DNA from: Fimbriosthenelais zetlandica
Lineage: Eukaryota
Direction of reading: 5' to 3'
Length of the DNA stretch: 64,000 nucleotides
Assembly (NCBI GenBank): GCA_977030845.1
Contig: OZ365118.1
Coordinates: 22,940,001-23,004,000 of the forward strand
Below the pieces are notes generated by a model. That model saw only the letters and a list, made by a program, of their open reading frames with translations. It had not been told where the DNA came from and made no database searches. Shown piece after piece: positions 1 through 14,220 of this stretch (positions are counted from its first letter, which is position 1; every line of letters starts with the position of its first letter). The position numbers were made by a program, and so were the translations under genes.

Positions 1-3000
1 GGGCTGGATGTACAAGACTAAACCCACCACATCCCTCTATACCGTACATATAACATGGATACAGTCTGTCACTGTCACACGGCTCACCCAGTCCCCCACT
101 GAACACCTCTATCATGTTTATACCAAAAACACTTGTATCTTCAAAAACACAAAAACCAGAAGAGTAAAATGTCTGTCCTCATTGTTGCTGGATGTGAAAG
201 GAGACCCGGGCTCCGTGAAACCTGAACCTGACTACAAACAGCATTTAATTTAACAAACTCACATAACGGCCAGAAGCTCACGGTGGCCTACATGGCCTAC
301 ATGGCTTACATGGCCTACATGCTGCTCACTACATGTGTTGCTCACTAAATGCTCCACCAGTAACATGACATTTTATGTCAAGGTTCATAAGAAAACATGA
401 TGACAATGGTTGTTCCCAGGTTAAAGAAAGGCAGGAGAAGCCGGGGTCGAGTTACAGGATGAAAACAAGGTGTAAAGTGATCTCACTGTGAGAGATTCAA
501 TAGTAAAAATACACGCCACACAAACACCCGCCACACACCCGCCACACACCTTGATGAAAGAATGAGGAATTATAACAGGGACAAGGTACAGTGAGAGATG
601 AGGAGACGAGGAGGGAAAGGGACGAGGAGGGAAGGGAAGGACGAGGAGGGAAGGGAAGGACGAGGAGGGAAAGGGAACAGATAAAAGGAAGGGAAGATGA
701 GTTGGAGATAATGAGGGAAAGGAAGGGAGGGAGATGCTACTTTTCTACATATTCACAACCTTTCTTCCCAGTGGAAAGAAAGGTTGAAGTTGCAATACAA
801 TGATTTTTTGATTGCCTCCAAGAAGCCTAAAGGGAAGCAGCAGGACTTGGTGGTGGAAGGAGCTACAAGCCTTCACGCCGACTGCCGGGCCACACACAAA
901 CACTTCAAAGACTGACATTTTTCTTTTCACATTGGCCAGATCAGCTCCAAGGAAAACAATGAGAGTTAGAAGTGGAAGGTGGTGGGGGGGGGGGGGGGGG
1001 GGGTGGAGGGGGGGGGGGTTTAGATCTGCACCTGCAGTGAACCAGAAGCCCCCCATACCTCCCCCCCCCCACCTTCCATGTTTAAACTAGGTGTGATGAT
1101 TTTTAAGGTGATCTCTATGAACACTCAGGGCTGTATTTGAGGAAGGTTTTAAGGCATTCAGTGACTGTCTACTGTACAAACATCATCCATCGTGGACTCT
1201 CTACTCCTGATTACTTCAATCATAGTCAAACATAGACCCACACAGAGACTGCACCCACTACCCTACAGCCCCCAAGGCCGGCCTATAATACCAATGAACA
1301 GTAACGTCACAAATACATCACAATAAAGAGGATGAGATTTTAACCTCAGGTTGGCCACCTGGCGGGTATTAAAGGAATCACTTTGTATTCTGACATTGAC
1401 TCCCACTCTCAAAGTACCCGGATGATGTTTACAAAACACACCGCTAGAGGCCCCCCTCTCTACTCACCAAGGTCAAGGTCACGTTTCTACCGAGTGTAAA
1501 CATTTTATGGTTGATTTTCACTCTCAGGGTGAAATATCATAGTCTGATCTCAGCTAGGCTCATCTCAACTAGTCTATTCTCATCTCTGTGCTGTTTTCTA
1601 TGCTGTTTTCAGCAGGCAATATTCAGGTTTCTTCTCGTATTTTGATAACCTCGCTGTCCATATCAGAAATCAAATGCCAACAGAAGAAAACCTTGGATCA
1701 TTGGTTTGTGAACTTGGCAGAATATTATATAGAAATCTGAGCCATTTCAGTCAGAATAAGGCTACGTAACATACGATAGTTAAGTGAGGGATTGTGTGGA
1801 TGTGAAAAGGTCTATTATTAAATCATTGACAGTGTATGAAGCTATAGTCATCTCTGTGCACCTAGTGGATCAGTTAAGTATGGAGGGAGGCATCTATGTG
1901 AATGTGGTGGAGGTATGATCATGTCATGTAATGTTAGGTTTATAATCCCCGCACCTCAACTCCGTTATTGTTATAGAGACCTACAGGTATGAACACTCTA
2001 TAAGGGTGAGCTAGTCCACCTATAGTGGGAGCTGCTCGCTGGGCGTGTGGAGCGGGTGTGAGCAGCTCCTCTCACAGTGAGATGGTATAACTGTGGGTGG
2101 TGAATCTCTCATAGTGAGATGGTATAACTGTGGGTGGTGAATCTCAGTATGATATGATTGGGGTGAGACAGACACGAACCTCTAATACATGACCCACACC
2201 TCACTTACAATTGATGTGATTCTTGCATGGTACATCTTTCTCTCTCACACTCTCTCCCTTCTCTCGATCCATTCTCTCTCTTACCTCCACCATTTCTCAT
2301 TGAATCAGTGGCCTATAATGAATTACATGACCTCCGTGTAATTTTACATGACCTATATATACAGTGTGGTGCAGTGAATGTCTCATCAGGTTTGTCCAAT
2401 GTTTTAGGACCATTTTATGCGCAGACAAACCGTATGATGGTGTTTATAAATGAGAGAATGAGCGAGGGTCGAGCAGTAAGCCTGGATCAGGAGTGTTTCT
2501 CTCTATACTACTACCATGATCTGACTCCACCCAGCCCACCCAGCCTCCTGACTCCAAGCCTACCACCCAGCCTCCAATCAGCCGAGTATTACTAGTGTTA
2601 ACCGATACACCCGTCAATTAGATGTAGACTCAATGATAGGGCGGGTAGGTTAGTCTCAATGATAGGGTAGGTTATAAATGACCATGTTATATACATGTAC
2701 ATCCCACCACCCAGCCACATGTAGCCCGTCAATACCAGGTTAATTCACATCTAAATGGGTGAGTCTGTGGAGGTCTGTCCGTGACGGGTCGTTAGTGTAA
2801 GTGATCCTATTGACGGCCAATTATACACCATTATACAGGCTTATACAGGCATGTATGGTCATAATGATAGTGGGAGAGGCGGGGGGGGGGGGCGGGGGGC
2901 GGGGAGAGGGGGATCCATGCCCTCTATATACATTAACTATAGAGGTACACAGGAGTATGACATGGTGGGAGTATGGGTTGGGAGGCGGGGGTTGGGGTGG

Positions 3001-3060
3001 TGGTTAACAGGTGGTAGTCAGGTAGACTAGCACTAATTACAGGTGACTGTACTATTCATG

Positions 3061-3229
3061 ACGTGTAGAAGGTCGCCGGTTCGAATCCCGGCCCTGCCAA
3101 ACCAAAAACTTTAAAATGGTACTAATAGCTCCTCGCTTAGCACTCAGCAATAAGATGACATGTAGGATATCATGAGATACCTGAGCAAGTGTTGAAAGTG
3201 ACGTTAAACCCCATTAGATAAATGAATAA
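3061..3229 (+). mobile_element. tRNA-derived SINE fragment, MetaSINE/MESC-like core
   Basis: Pol III B-box GGTTCGAATCC (3078-3088), then CCAAACCAAAAACTTTAAAATGGTACTAATAGCTCCTCGCTTAGCACTCAGCAATAAG (resembles the Meta/MESC central domain, from memory), a GTTGAAAGTGACGTTAAACCCC tail and an A-rich end. No clear A-box. Confidence 0.6.
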
Positions 3230-4685
3230 CTTATCACTAAAGGTACTAAAACTCATTACAGGTGTAGGCCTATAAGGTACAGGTAGATTTACTTGGATTA
3301 ACCCGGCTTATAATGGACAGTGACTAGATGTAGCGTGGCTGTCAGAGTGGCCAGACCATGGAGCATCGATCCAGGCCCTGTGAACGACTTTGCATGTGAA
3401 ATCCTTCCAAATAAGATCATTCATTGGCTGAAATTTCACAAAAAAAGTTCTGATAAAGTTCTTTGAGGATTTGGAAAGGATGTGAACCCCTGTGATCTCA
3501 GGGAAGTCTGAGAGGTTGGGGAGAGGGGGGGAGAGGGTGGGAGAGGTGGGAGAGGGGTTGGGGGAGGGGGTGGGGTAGGGGGCTTGAATGGGGAGAGGGT
3601 ATGGGGGTGGGGAGAGGGTATTGGATAGTGATTGGTGTATTGATTGTCAGGAGGCCGTGTGGAGCTGTGTTGAGCTGTGTTGAGGTGTTATTAGTGTTCT
3701 ACCTTTGATCACATTAGGTGTGAAGACCTGGTGATCAGGGAGCTTGGCATCCGTCCATCCTCCATCCTCATCCTACATGATGCTAATTACAGCCTCCTAT
3801 TATCCTACCTCAACCCGGGCCTCAATCAGATAACCAGGGTCTACCTCAAAACAGGCCAGCTTTAAAACAAGCCCACCTCAATGGTACAGTATAGGAACTT
3901 ATTTCACTTCCATTTTTAATGATAAGGCCCCCAAGTTGTCTATACTACTTGTGGTTCTCCCAGGATTCCACCACATACATGTATCTTGTTCATAATATGG
4001 ACAAGCTTTGCCATGGGACAATGAGAAATGTTCTAAATTATCTCAATTGTCAATTGTCTTATATCTCAACTGACCAAACGATGACCTTTATGGACAAAGA
4101 ATGGTCAAATAAACACCTTATAGACAGGACTTACCTGTCTTATTAACAAGGTTAGTTTGACTAGAGGTAAGGAAGTGTACGCCTGTCTTATTAATGTGTT
4201 TTATACTGACTCACATTGTGTGATTAACACCTGGCATTAAGTCCTTGTCACAGGCTCTTATAGAAGTGAAGACATTGATTCATGTAGAGGCCTGTAGAGG
4301 TGGCGAGATGAGGCTCATCAAAATCACACAAACTCTTAACTTGTATTTAATCACAGTCTCTCCCTCCTACTGCTCGTTCTGGTATAAATTCATATCATCC
4401 TCTCAGTCTACAATGTCCCGCTCCTCCACCCTACATCTGAGAACCAATCTGATACAAGAAAAATAGAAAAAAACCTACACAACTTGTACAAGACACATGG
4501 GCTGGGGTAAGGTGTGGGTGGGGGTAGGGTAAGGTAAGGCGAGGTAGGGGGTGGTATGGTAGGGGTAAGGTAAGGGGAAGTAGGGGGTGAGATAGGTGGG
4601 GGTAGATACATGGAGACTAATTGGAATGTGGGAGATTTAGCTGTGTAGTTCGGGTGGCGTTGATTTGAGAGTTTCTGTAGGAATT

Positions 4686-4743
4686 GACCATGATAGAACG
4701 CTCACGACCATGATAGAACGCTCACGACCATGATAGAACGCTC
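4686..4743 (+). repeat. 20-bp tandem repeat x3
   Basis: GACCATGATAGAACGCTCAC. Confidence 0.9.
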
Positions 4744-7700
4744 CCATCGACAAGTAGTAACATGGCGATCAGATGAAGGTCACTGAGGTCATGATGAGCG
4801 CTCACCTCGCCACCAGGGGCGCTCACCTCACTCATGATTCAATGTCAGGGTGAGTGCAGGTATAAAACGCTCCTAATTCACATCTACCTGATGAATGACC
4901 AGCGTCTTATAACCACTCACTCCCCACCACTGACACCTCCCTCAATCTTACTCAACTTTCTTATTAAAATAAAGTAACGCCACGAAAAGGGCGTTACAGG
5001 TGGACTATTTCTTGTAATAGGTTCGAATTTCGTTTATAAGTTCAGATTGATATTATAATAGTAATTTCCTTGCATGACATGCTGGGATTGTAAATGACAT
5101 GTATTTCCTAATCAACAATAATGTCATTCACATATTGAGGTGGATGGGTGGGAGAGGAGGGGATGGGGGGAGAGCCTTAAAAGGCCATGTTAAAGCTTTC
5201 TTACCAGCCCTCCTTTACGAGCACCAGTCTCGAGACTCGTACATTGGTTTTAGTGAGAAAAAATAGAAGGAGAGAATGTCATGACGAGCGTGGCGGGCGG
5301 CCGGGCGGGCGGCGGGTAGTACTGGAGGAGGGTTTAGCTGAACTCTGTGTAAGTGCGGCTTTTTAAATAACGTTTTTACATCCAGCTGGCAATATTAGCC
5401 ATTATAGGTTATGGACTGTTATCACAAGCCACTGATTCTGGGTGGGTAGGAGACTGGGGGAAGGAGAGGAAGAGGGGAAGGACAAGGGGAAGAGGGGAAG
5501 GACAAGGGGAAGAGGGGAAGGCCAGAGGGAGGAAGAAGGGAGGGAAGGAGGGTGCTGGCAACGGTTGGGGCGATTTTCTTTCTTTCATTTTGACTTGGCC
5601 AGATGGAACATTTCCCAAGCCTAATTGCAGTTTAGATCTTACATAAGTAGACCAATATATATATAGAAATGATACTAATCTTTGATGCATTAGTGATACA
5701 TGTATGACTATGACCATCTGTGGTGTATTATCGTGGGATATATTCAGGTCTGTATTGTCTAGTATTGATGTCTAGATCTCTCTATATAGAGGAGTTCACA
5801 CCTCTCATTTCACTCTCTACTATTGACACTCAGTCAACACTCAGTCTGTATACAGCTCCCATACACTGACTATACCTTACCCTGCATCTCACATACACTG
5901 TCTATACCACACACACTGTCTACCTATACCCTCACCTATACCTATAGCTCTAGTCCTAACACCAACACGTATACCGCCTCTGGTTCGACACAGCCTCCCC
6001 TGAATAACCCACCTTATAAATCTTTAACAGCTTTTAATTCACATTCCAGGCTGAGAATTAAAGGGTAGGATTAATTCTGGTGAGGTGAGAGTTTGTCAAT
6101 TAGCTGTAGCTCGGGTAGTGTAATTGTACGTTAATTGGTGGAGGGAGCTAAGCTCACAGCGGGTCTAATGTTAAAGTCTGGTGCCACCACCAGCTCTACT
6201 GCTTAATTTATCTACTAATTATTCTCTGAACCAGGCCCAGTGTCCCGTCCATCCCTCACTGTGGCTCCCCCCCCCCCCCCCACCCCCCCACCCCCGACCC
6301 GGCCAGTATATAGCTATTGATATTCTACCTGCCTCCTCGCCTCATATGTCAAATCTTACTTATATGAGTCGGTGCTAAATACATGCCTCAAACTGGTGAA
6401 CGGAGCAGAAAAAAATAGTCGGTGTTTTCCATCTTCATTAAGCGGTAAAAAGCAGGTGGAGGGCGATTATGTGATGTGTGATATACCATGATAGGGGGTG
6501 AGATGTTAGAGCCATCCATTTAAAGTGAGTAAAGCCTAGAGATTTAATCTATAAGTCGGGGGTAAAGTCTATAAGCTGGGGGGTGAAGCCTGATTCCTCA
6601 CATGAGCGGAATTAATGATATTTGGGTAGAGAAGCCACAATAGTTTTATGATGTACAGTCACTCAGCAGTCTGGACACTATTCATGCAGTGCACTGTACG
6701 AAACATGGACAACACTGCTGGTAGTTAGTCCTAGATCCACCAGACAGAGAGAGGAAGAGAGACAGAGACAGAGACAGATGATGGAGAGAGTGGGAGATAG
6801 ATGGAGAGAGAAAGAGATGGAGAGAGAGAGGCGATGAGACAGGTGTCTGTGGCTGCTACACACACCTAGACTTCCAAGTCATATAAAGAAGTGCTATATT
6901 TAAAAACTTATCTTTCGTCTGGCTTAGAGACACACTCAACATCTCAATAGACGACTGTGACAGGTATGAATATTTGTAAGACATATGACTGGAGCCTAAT
7001 AGACAAAGGTGAGCCATGTCTCGCCTGTATAGTCCGGGCTGTGACTCGGGGAAGGCTCGTGAATATCGTATTCCACGTTTATAGAGAGTTGGCACTCAAC
7101 AAAGCCTCCACAATCTAAATTCATTAGAGAATTCATTTTAACAAGACCTGACATATGCCCAAAACATCACAGCCGGCTGAAATTTCACCCCAGCTTCCTT
7201 ATCAACGCCCCTCAATCAATAGCGGTATGTATGATGACGGGGGGAGAATGGCCATCTAAGTTGGCAGTGGTGGGAGTTTTTTAAAATCAATCTATCAATC
7301 AATAGTAGAGCAGGTTCACTTTGATCAAGGCGTCACGGGCAGGGCGGGCATGATTGAAACCGGCGGCCCAGAGAATTCCTTATAATGCAATGTGATCACA
7401 CATAGATTAAAGTTATACAGGGAGAAATTCACTCCCCCTTCCTCCTCCTACACCCTCCCCCTCTCTCCCTTTGTCTCCCTTTCTCCCTCTCTACCACTCT
7501 CTCTCTCTATGCTTCAATGGTAGCAAGGGGATAGACTTATATTGGTACAAAGGTGAACTACCTTAGAGAATGAAATAGTTTAAAGTGGAATGAACTTAAA
7601 GGATATAGAATGCACTTAGAACTGTTCAAAAACCTCAATTCCCAGCTCCTATAGCTCTATAGGGAGGCTGGTGTAGGGCTGGGGGTGGAGCCTCATACCG

Positions 7701-10700
7701 ACTATAGAGGTAGTAGTATAGGGTTGGGACATTGACCCGGGTATGAGGGGTAAAGGACTGAGGTTTAGTGTTCACTTAAGATTGTGGATTGAATGAAGGA
7801 AAGGTAAAATTTCCACCTCAAAATACTTTGTAAAAAGGAATGGTACAAATAAAGTGTCTTATAAACTCGACTCAGTCCCAGTTCGTCAATATATAAAGAA
7901 TGTACTTGGAAGCTATCACATACTGCCCACTCGTCTACTATCTGTGTAGGCAGGCCTGTGTAGGGCGGGAGGTGGAGGCTGGTAAAGTCGAGTGTAGCAG
8001 TATATAGTGAGTAAGTAGTATAGGATTGGTACATAGACCCAGGTATAATAGCTACATAACTGACGTTTTAATACCCACTATTTATAGCTGGGGAACTTGA
8101 CTTTGATTTAAGGTGAAATAGGTCACTGAAAACATTGAATGTTGGGAACAAATGGAGCAGGAAAAGTGGAGTTATGAATAATATTCGGCGCTGCAGCATT
8201 ATGTGAGGAAGTACCCAGTAAAACTACCCCCAACCCCACCCCCCCCCCCCCCCACCAGCCACCTCACCCCTCACCACCCCAGCACAGCGTCATGAGGAAG
8301 CAATGAAAGAAATGTGCAGCAGAGAGGGTGGAGGACGGGTCAGGTACAATTGAATAAAGAGAATAAGGGGGAGAAGGAAAAGATATAACCTACTCGCCCC
8401 CCACCCGGGCGTGGGTCAGGCGGGTACAGGCGGGGGAAGGTACCGTACACCCCCACATCAACACCCAATACAACTCATATACCGTATATACAACGGTGAA
8501 TTATAGACAAAATATAGGTCTCATTTAGATACATATCTTTAACATTGAATGGCTGTGCATTACTTGTATCTCTGGGGATTAATTCAAAGAGAGACTTATT
8601 TGGACTGAGCGTTTATAGGAGTGAGTACATGTTGAGTGTATATTAATATTGTATGAGTCTATATAGGGTGGTATACGGTAGGGCGGGTGGGGGGGGGGGG
8701 GGGGGGGGCAGGCAGTCTGAGATTGTACCCACACATTCCTCCACTTTCAGACTACAACACAATTATTCCCTCAGGAAGTGAAATATTCTGACCCAGATTT
8801 TATTTGTGGTTTATTGCTAGTAGATTCAGTCAGTGTGAAATGAACAACTCCGAGCAGCTCATGGAATCTGATCTCTCACGATTCAAAACTAATTCAAATC
8901 TTCACAATGATCAATGCCTTTAAGGCGACTAATCCTGTGAGTTTATCAGGTATAAATCATGAGGTTCATTTAGTTTAAGACTATCAGTATGAGGTGTTGT
9001 GGTGAGAGTGTAGATGACAATGAAGTGAATCTACCCCCCACCCCCACCCCCCCCCCCCCCGCCTCATTAGCACTCTCTACCATCCCCTGACCCCATAACT
9101 CTCCCCTCTCTACCTCTCCCTCCCAAAAAACCCCTCTCCTCGTCCCTGGCCGGGTGGAGGCCTCATAAATCCACCGCCATGCCCGCAAATAAGAGACTTT
9201 TTCCAAAAAAGATGAATAGCATGCTTAACTGGCAACATTGGCGTTTTTTGTTCACTTCCCCGGAAGAGGATCAATTCAGTGGCGGAAGTATGGATGGGGC
9301 GGGGCCCAGACCCCCCCGACTCCCACCCTATAAAATATCCCCACCAACTATGGAGCATTAATTCATTTTCCAATCATATTTTAGTCCGGGGCATCCATCT
9401 TCTGCGGTTCCACTTACTTTGACTAATATTCCTGGTTAAAAATACAGGTTATGGATAAGTTAACATGGAGGGTTGTGGTGGGGTGGAGTGACAATAAAAT
9501 CATAGACTACCCTCTCCTCATCATAGACTACCCTCCCCCCATCATAGACTACCCTCCCACATCATAGACTACCCCCCCCACCATATCACTCACTAACCAT
9601 CACTGATCTAAAGTTCACATCTCATTTTATTTTACCTCTCAGCTCCTCCTCCTGTAATGAATGTTAATAATGAGAGGCGGTCATTAACGAGTTATAATCA
9701 CACACTCTCTCTATAAGCTCTGTTATAATCAAGTCATTCACTGCTTGTTTATAAGCTCTCTGTATCGGATCATCCATTTAGTGAACACGAAAAATGACAA
9801 ATGAAAAAATGTAATATTAGTCATGAGTGTCGCTGACTCATTCCCTCGTCTCTGATTTTCAATTACCACGGTGTAAAATTATGATATAAATAAATAAATT
9901 TTGACATTTGAATCTCTCAAAGACGGCTTTCATATATATTATGGGCATTGAGGAGTGTTTACCTCCCAATGTGAGGTAGTATACCCCCCCTCTCATGTAT
10001 ATATCTGTAGCCGTATACCCCCCCCCCCCCTGTGGACGTTATATCAGTATAGACCATGGTCACTCCATCATTGTCAGACTCTACTCGACATTCATGTCCT
10101 ATTCTCCACCAGGGACAACCCGGCTATAACCAGAAATAGAAGAAATAAAACCTCCATAACCTCATAAAGTATAACAACATCACATTAAAACACACCGCTA
10201 AATCATCCACCGACCACCAATCACTCCCAAACATCGACGAGCAGTTAAAATATCATGAAAAATACATGACAAATGTGGCGTTTGTCTGGGGACTTTTCCG
10301 ATGTTTTAATAACTTCTACCATGTCTTCCAGGCTGTATATATTGACTATGAGATTCTAGCTGACTATATATATAGATGTGTGTAGAGTTTTTGTGAGTTT
10401 CTGTACTCTAGAGTATAGAGTTAACCCCAGTAAGAGCCCACACATCCTCATCACCAGGCCCGGGCCGCTACTAGACCATCAGACCCACCGTTCAACGCTC
10501 CGTTCCACTTGTAATTTGAAAAGTGGCAACTCGTAAAAGAGCGGGAGGTGAAAAAGAGGAGAGAAGAGAAAATTCATGACCGGGAGAAGAGGAAGAGCAA
10601 AAAGTGGAGATCTAAGACGGAAAGGACACGAAGGGCCGTGGATGGGGGGGGGGGGGGGGGGGGGGGGCTGATTCACTGAGAATAAACATTGTGTGGATTA

Positions 10701-10798
10701 CAAGACTAGGTCTGTGTGTATTACAATCATAGAGAAGCCAATAGATAGGGGAAGCCAGCTTACAATGGAAGCCAGGCCACGAGGGAAGTCATGGCAGA

Positions 10799-11104
10799 AG
10801 GGAAGCCACCTCAAAAGGAAGTCAGTTTCTGAGATAGGGAAGCCACCTCAAAAGTCATTCAGTTTCTAAGTTATGGAAGCCACCTCAAAAGTCATTCAGT
10901 TTCTAAGTTATGGAAGCCACCTCAAAAGGCATTCAGATTCTGAGATAGGGAAGCCACCTCAAAAGGCATTCAGATTCTGAGGTAGGGAAGCCACCTCAAA
11001 AGGAAGTCAGATTCTTAGGTAGGGAAGCCACCTCAAAAGGAAATCAGTTTCTGAGGGAGGGAAGCCACCTCAAAAGGCAGTCAGTTTCTGAGGGAGGGAA
11101 GCCA
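10799..11104 (+). repeat. 37-bp minisatellite x8
   Basis: Invariant core GGAAGCCACCTCAAAAG plus a mutually related variable half (e.g. GAAGTCAGTTTCTGAGAT). Confidence 0.95.
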
Positions 11105-12678
11105 GGAGGTTAAGCGAGGAGTGAGAGATGAGGAGAGAGTTAGCAGTAGAGATGGCGTCATAAAGCAGTACATAATAATAAATAATTAATAGCCACCTTA
11201 TTCTCCCCATTCCCCACTCCCCCACAACCTGTCACCACAGTTTATAGAGAGGTGAAATATTAAACAATGGCTGCCCCCAGTCAGGCCCCACTGTGAGGGG
11301 ACATCTTGTATTCATGGGTTGAGGCGGGGGGCGGGGGGGGGGGGGGAGTATGCCATGCCTCCACCCATCATTCCTGCTCTTACCCTAATAGGTGAACATG
11401 TAACCATTGCGCTTTCCTTTTATGTGAGGGAGGCTGAGGGCTGGTGGGGGCTTGTGGGAGCTGGGGGAGGCTGGGGGAGGCTGGTGGGGGCTGGTGGGGG
11501 CTTGTAGGGGCTGGTGAGGGTTGGTGGGGTCTGGTGGGGGGGGGGGGGGGGGTATAGAGGCATGATGGACCGGGTACACATGTAAGTACGGGTAGTCAGG
11601 CAATCACAAAACAACTCTCAGGCTCTCTCTCCCAAAATATCTCCATTCTCTCAATCCTAAATACCTCTCCCTTCTCTCACTCACTTCCAAAATCACTTCC
11701 AAAATCAACTCCTTTCTCTGCCTCCAAATCGCTTTCCTTTCTCACTCCTTAGCTCACTCACTTTCTCACTCCATCTCTCTCGCCTTTCTTTTCCTCTTCC
11801 TCCCTGCTCTCTCCACCAAAAACCCCACCCTGCACTTATTATTGGTCAATAAATGGGATAGCATGTTAATGCGCATTCCATGAGAAATACGGCCATTAAG
11901 CGGGCCACAAACAATGGGCGGGAGACAAGGAAACATTCTACTGACGGCAGATAGAATATTCATGTCCCGCCAGCAGGAGCGGCGCGAGGTGGGAGCAATT
12001 TCCCATAGATTTATATAGCGCCCAGGGGTGTAGAGGGTAAGTAGGGGAAGGAGGGAGGAAGGGAAGACGCCGGGATGCATGGTTCTTCCTTCCGGCGCCA
12101 GGTGGCAGGAGCACCTCATGTGTCCTCAGGTCATCATGGCGGAACCGGAAGTAGTGTCCGGCCACCTAGCGGGGTGGGCTGACACTACATTTGTCAGTGT
12201 GTCAGGGTGAGAGGTGGGTGTGTTCGTGTACCCTGAGGGTTAACACAATGAGGAGTGGGTGGGTGTGTTCGAGAGTTCACACCTTAGAGATTCACATGTA
12301 TTGTCTCTATTATGCCTGCTGCCATGTATAAACACAAGTATGTATAATACCCCTATAACGGCAGCATGTAGCCTCTACCATGGGTTGACGACCACCCACC
12401 TCCACCCACAGACACTTAGCCCTCTTTAAGAATTGTAATTAATTTAAAACTAAGATGGAAGTTTTCCCAGGAACCGCGGGAGAGAGCGTCCTGGCTTCCG
12501 GTCTGTAAGCGGCGCCGATTACAAAATGACATGTCAATTATCATTCCTTATATCTCCCTCCCTGCCTACCTCCCTGCCTACCTCTCTCATCTCACTGCCA
12601 TCTCTCTGCCTGCCATCTCTCTCTCCAACCCCTCTCTCTCCCTCTCTCTTCTCTTATCTCCCTGCCTCCTCTCTCTCA

Positions 12679-12710
<32 letters not shown>

Positions 12711-13174
12711 CATCTCTTTCTCTCTTCCCATCACCTCTTATGAAGCCATTACATGGTAGAGGTATTAAGTAGTATATGGAAACAGGGAAATAAAGATGGC
12801 TAAACCCAGAATAATGACTGGTATTCAGACTAGTCTATAAGATATGTCTCCACCACTGCTCTCTCGCTGTATAATGTCTCTGACGTTGCTGGTATTATTC
12901 GCTACACATGCACTGATTCCCGCACCAACCGTTCCCCGGTGAAAGGCAGTAAATCTGTGAAGGTGTGATTTTTTCAGTTTCACTATTCCAGCAGATGAAC
13001 TGTGTACACAGGGGATGGGTGTGTATTAGATTAAATATCAAATAGATTACCATAGTAATCTAACTTAATGCATTTCAACTGTTCCACTCTGACCTGTTCA
13101 ATTTACTAAACTCAATCCATGCAGATTTAGAAACAACAACCCTGCACGGATTGATTAAAGCTAGTGAGATGCGC

Positions 13175-13223
13175 CGGGGCGGGAGCGGGGCGGGAGCGGG
13201 GCGGGAGCGGGGCGGGAGCGGGG
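13175..13223 (+). repeat. 11-bp GC-box repeat x4.5
   Basis: CGGGGCGGGAG. Confidence 0.9.
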
Positions 13224-14019
13224 CCGGCTTCTAATGGCTTAATATAATCAACAGACATTCAACATTCCTCACTGAAAAGCTCAGATATTGACCTAAATGT
13301 ATTGAATAAAAGCCTGGATTGAGCGAGCTGCTCGCAGTGTGCTGGTGGAGCAGGTTGAGCGGGTGGGTTTAACATGCTCACCGTGCAGGCTGAGCGGGGA
13401 GGGTTGATCGTGGGGAGATGTCATTGATTAGTCAGTTATTACTGATTCACACCTGTTAAAGGTAATTAGAGGGGAGGATGGCACATTAATGACAGGCGGG
13501 GAGTGGGTTCACATAAAACCTACTCCTCCTGGTGGTGTAACGGTGAATGAGGGGCTCACGAGCGACATGTCCCTCCATGTTGGACCGTGGACAGTTATCT
13601 TTTACTTTTTTTAATTGAAGAGGACAGCTTAGCAATAACCGATTGAATTTTCAGGTATTGACAATGTATTTTTGTAGCTGAGCCCTTCATAAATTGTCTC
13701 AGTATTTTAGTAAGTTCCTCTGTTGGTTGTAGTAAATCTATGTTAAATCCTGCCATCAATATTAGCACACAAACAACATGGTCCTATACCGTGATACTGC
13801 CCGCCAGGGGAGGGATTGTAGTTGGTGGGGAATCGACCTGTGGGCAGTGACCCCGTGAGTGGGGCGGTGTAAGGGGCATGTACTGAATACGATCCACGCT
13901 TATAAGAGGGAGAGGGGAGAGGGACAGGGGGACAGGGGGACAGGGGGCAGAGAGCGTGGGAGGGGGCAGGGTAGGGGGAAAGGGGGCATGAAGGGGGAGA
14001 GGGACAAGGAAAAGGGAAG

Positions 14020-14220
14020 AAGGCCATGTAGGAAGCTGGGAGGGGCAGGGAGGGGGAAGAAGGCCATGTAGGAAGCTGGGAGGGGCAGGGAGGGGGAAGA
14101 AGGCCATGTAGGAAGCTGGGAGGGGCAGGGAGAGGGAAGAAGGCCATGTAGGAGGCAGTAAGAGAGCTGTAGAGAGCTGTAGAGAGCGGTAGAGAGCGGT
14201 AGAGAGCGGTAGAGAGCGGT
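14020..14220 (+). repeat. 40-bp repeat x3.3 followed by 10-bp repeat x6
   Basis: AAGGCCATGTAGGAAGCTGGGAGGGGCAGGGAGGGGGAAG; AGAGAGC(T/G)GT. Confidence 0.9.

Noticed and set aside
10799-11104. CRISPR-like look (constant 17-bp core plus variable ~20-bp part)
   Set aside because: The 'spacers' are mutually homologous, the context is eukaryotic and there are no cas genes; it is an ordinary minisatellite.
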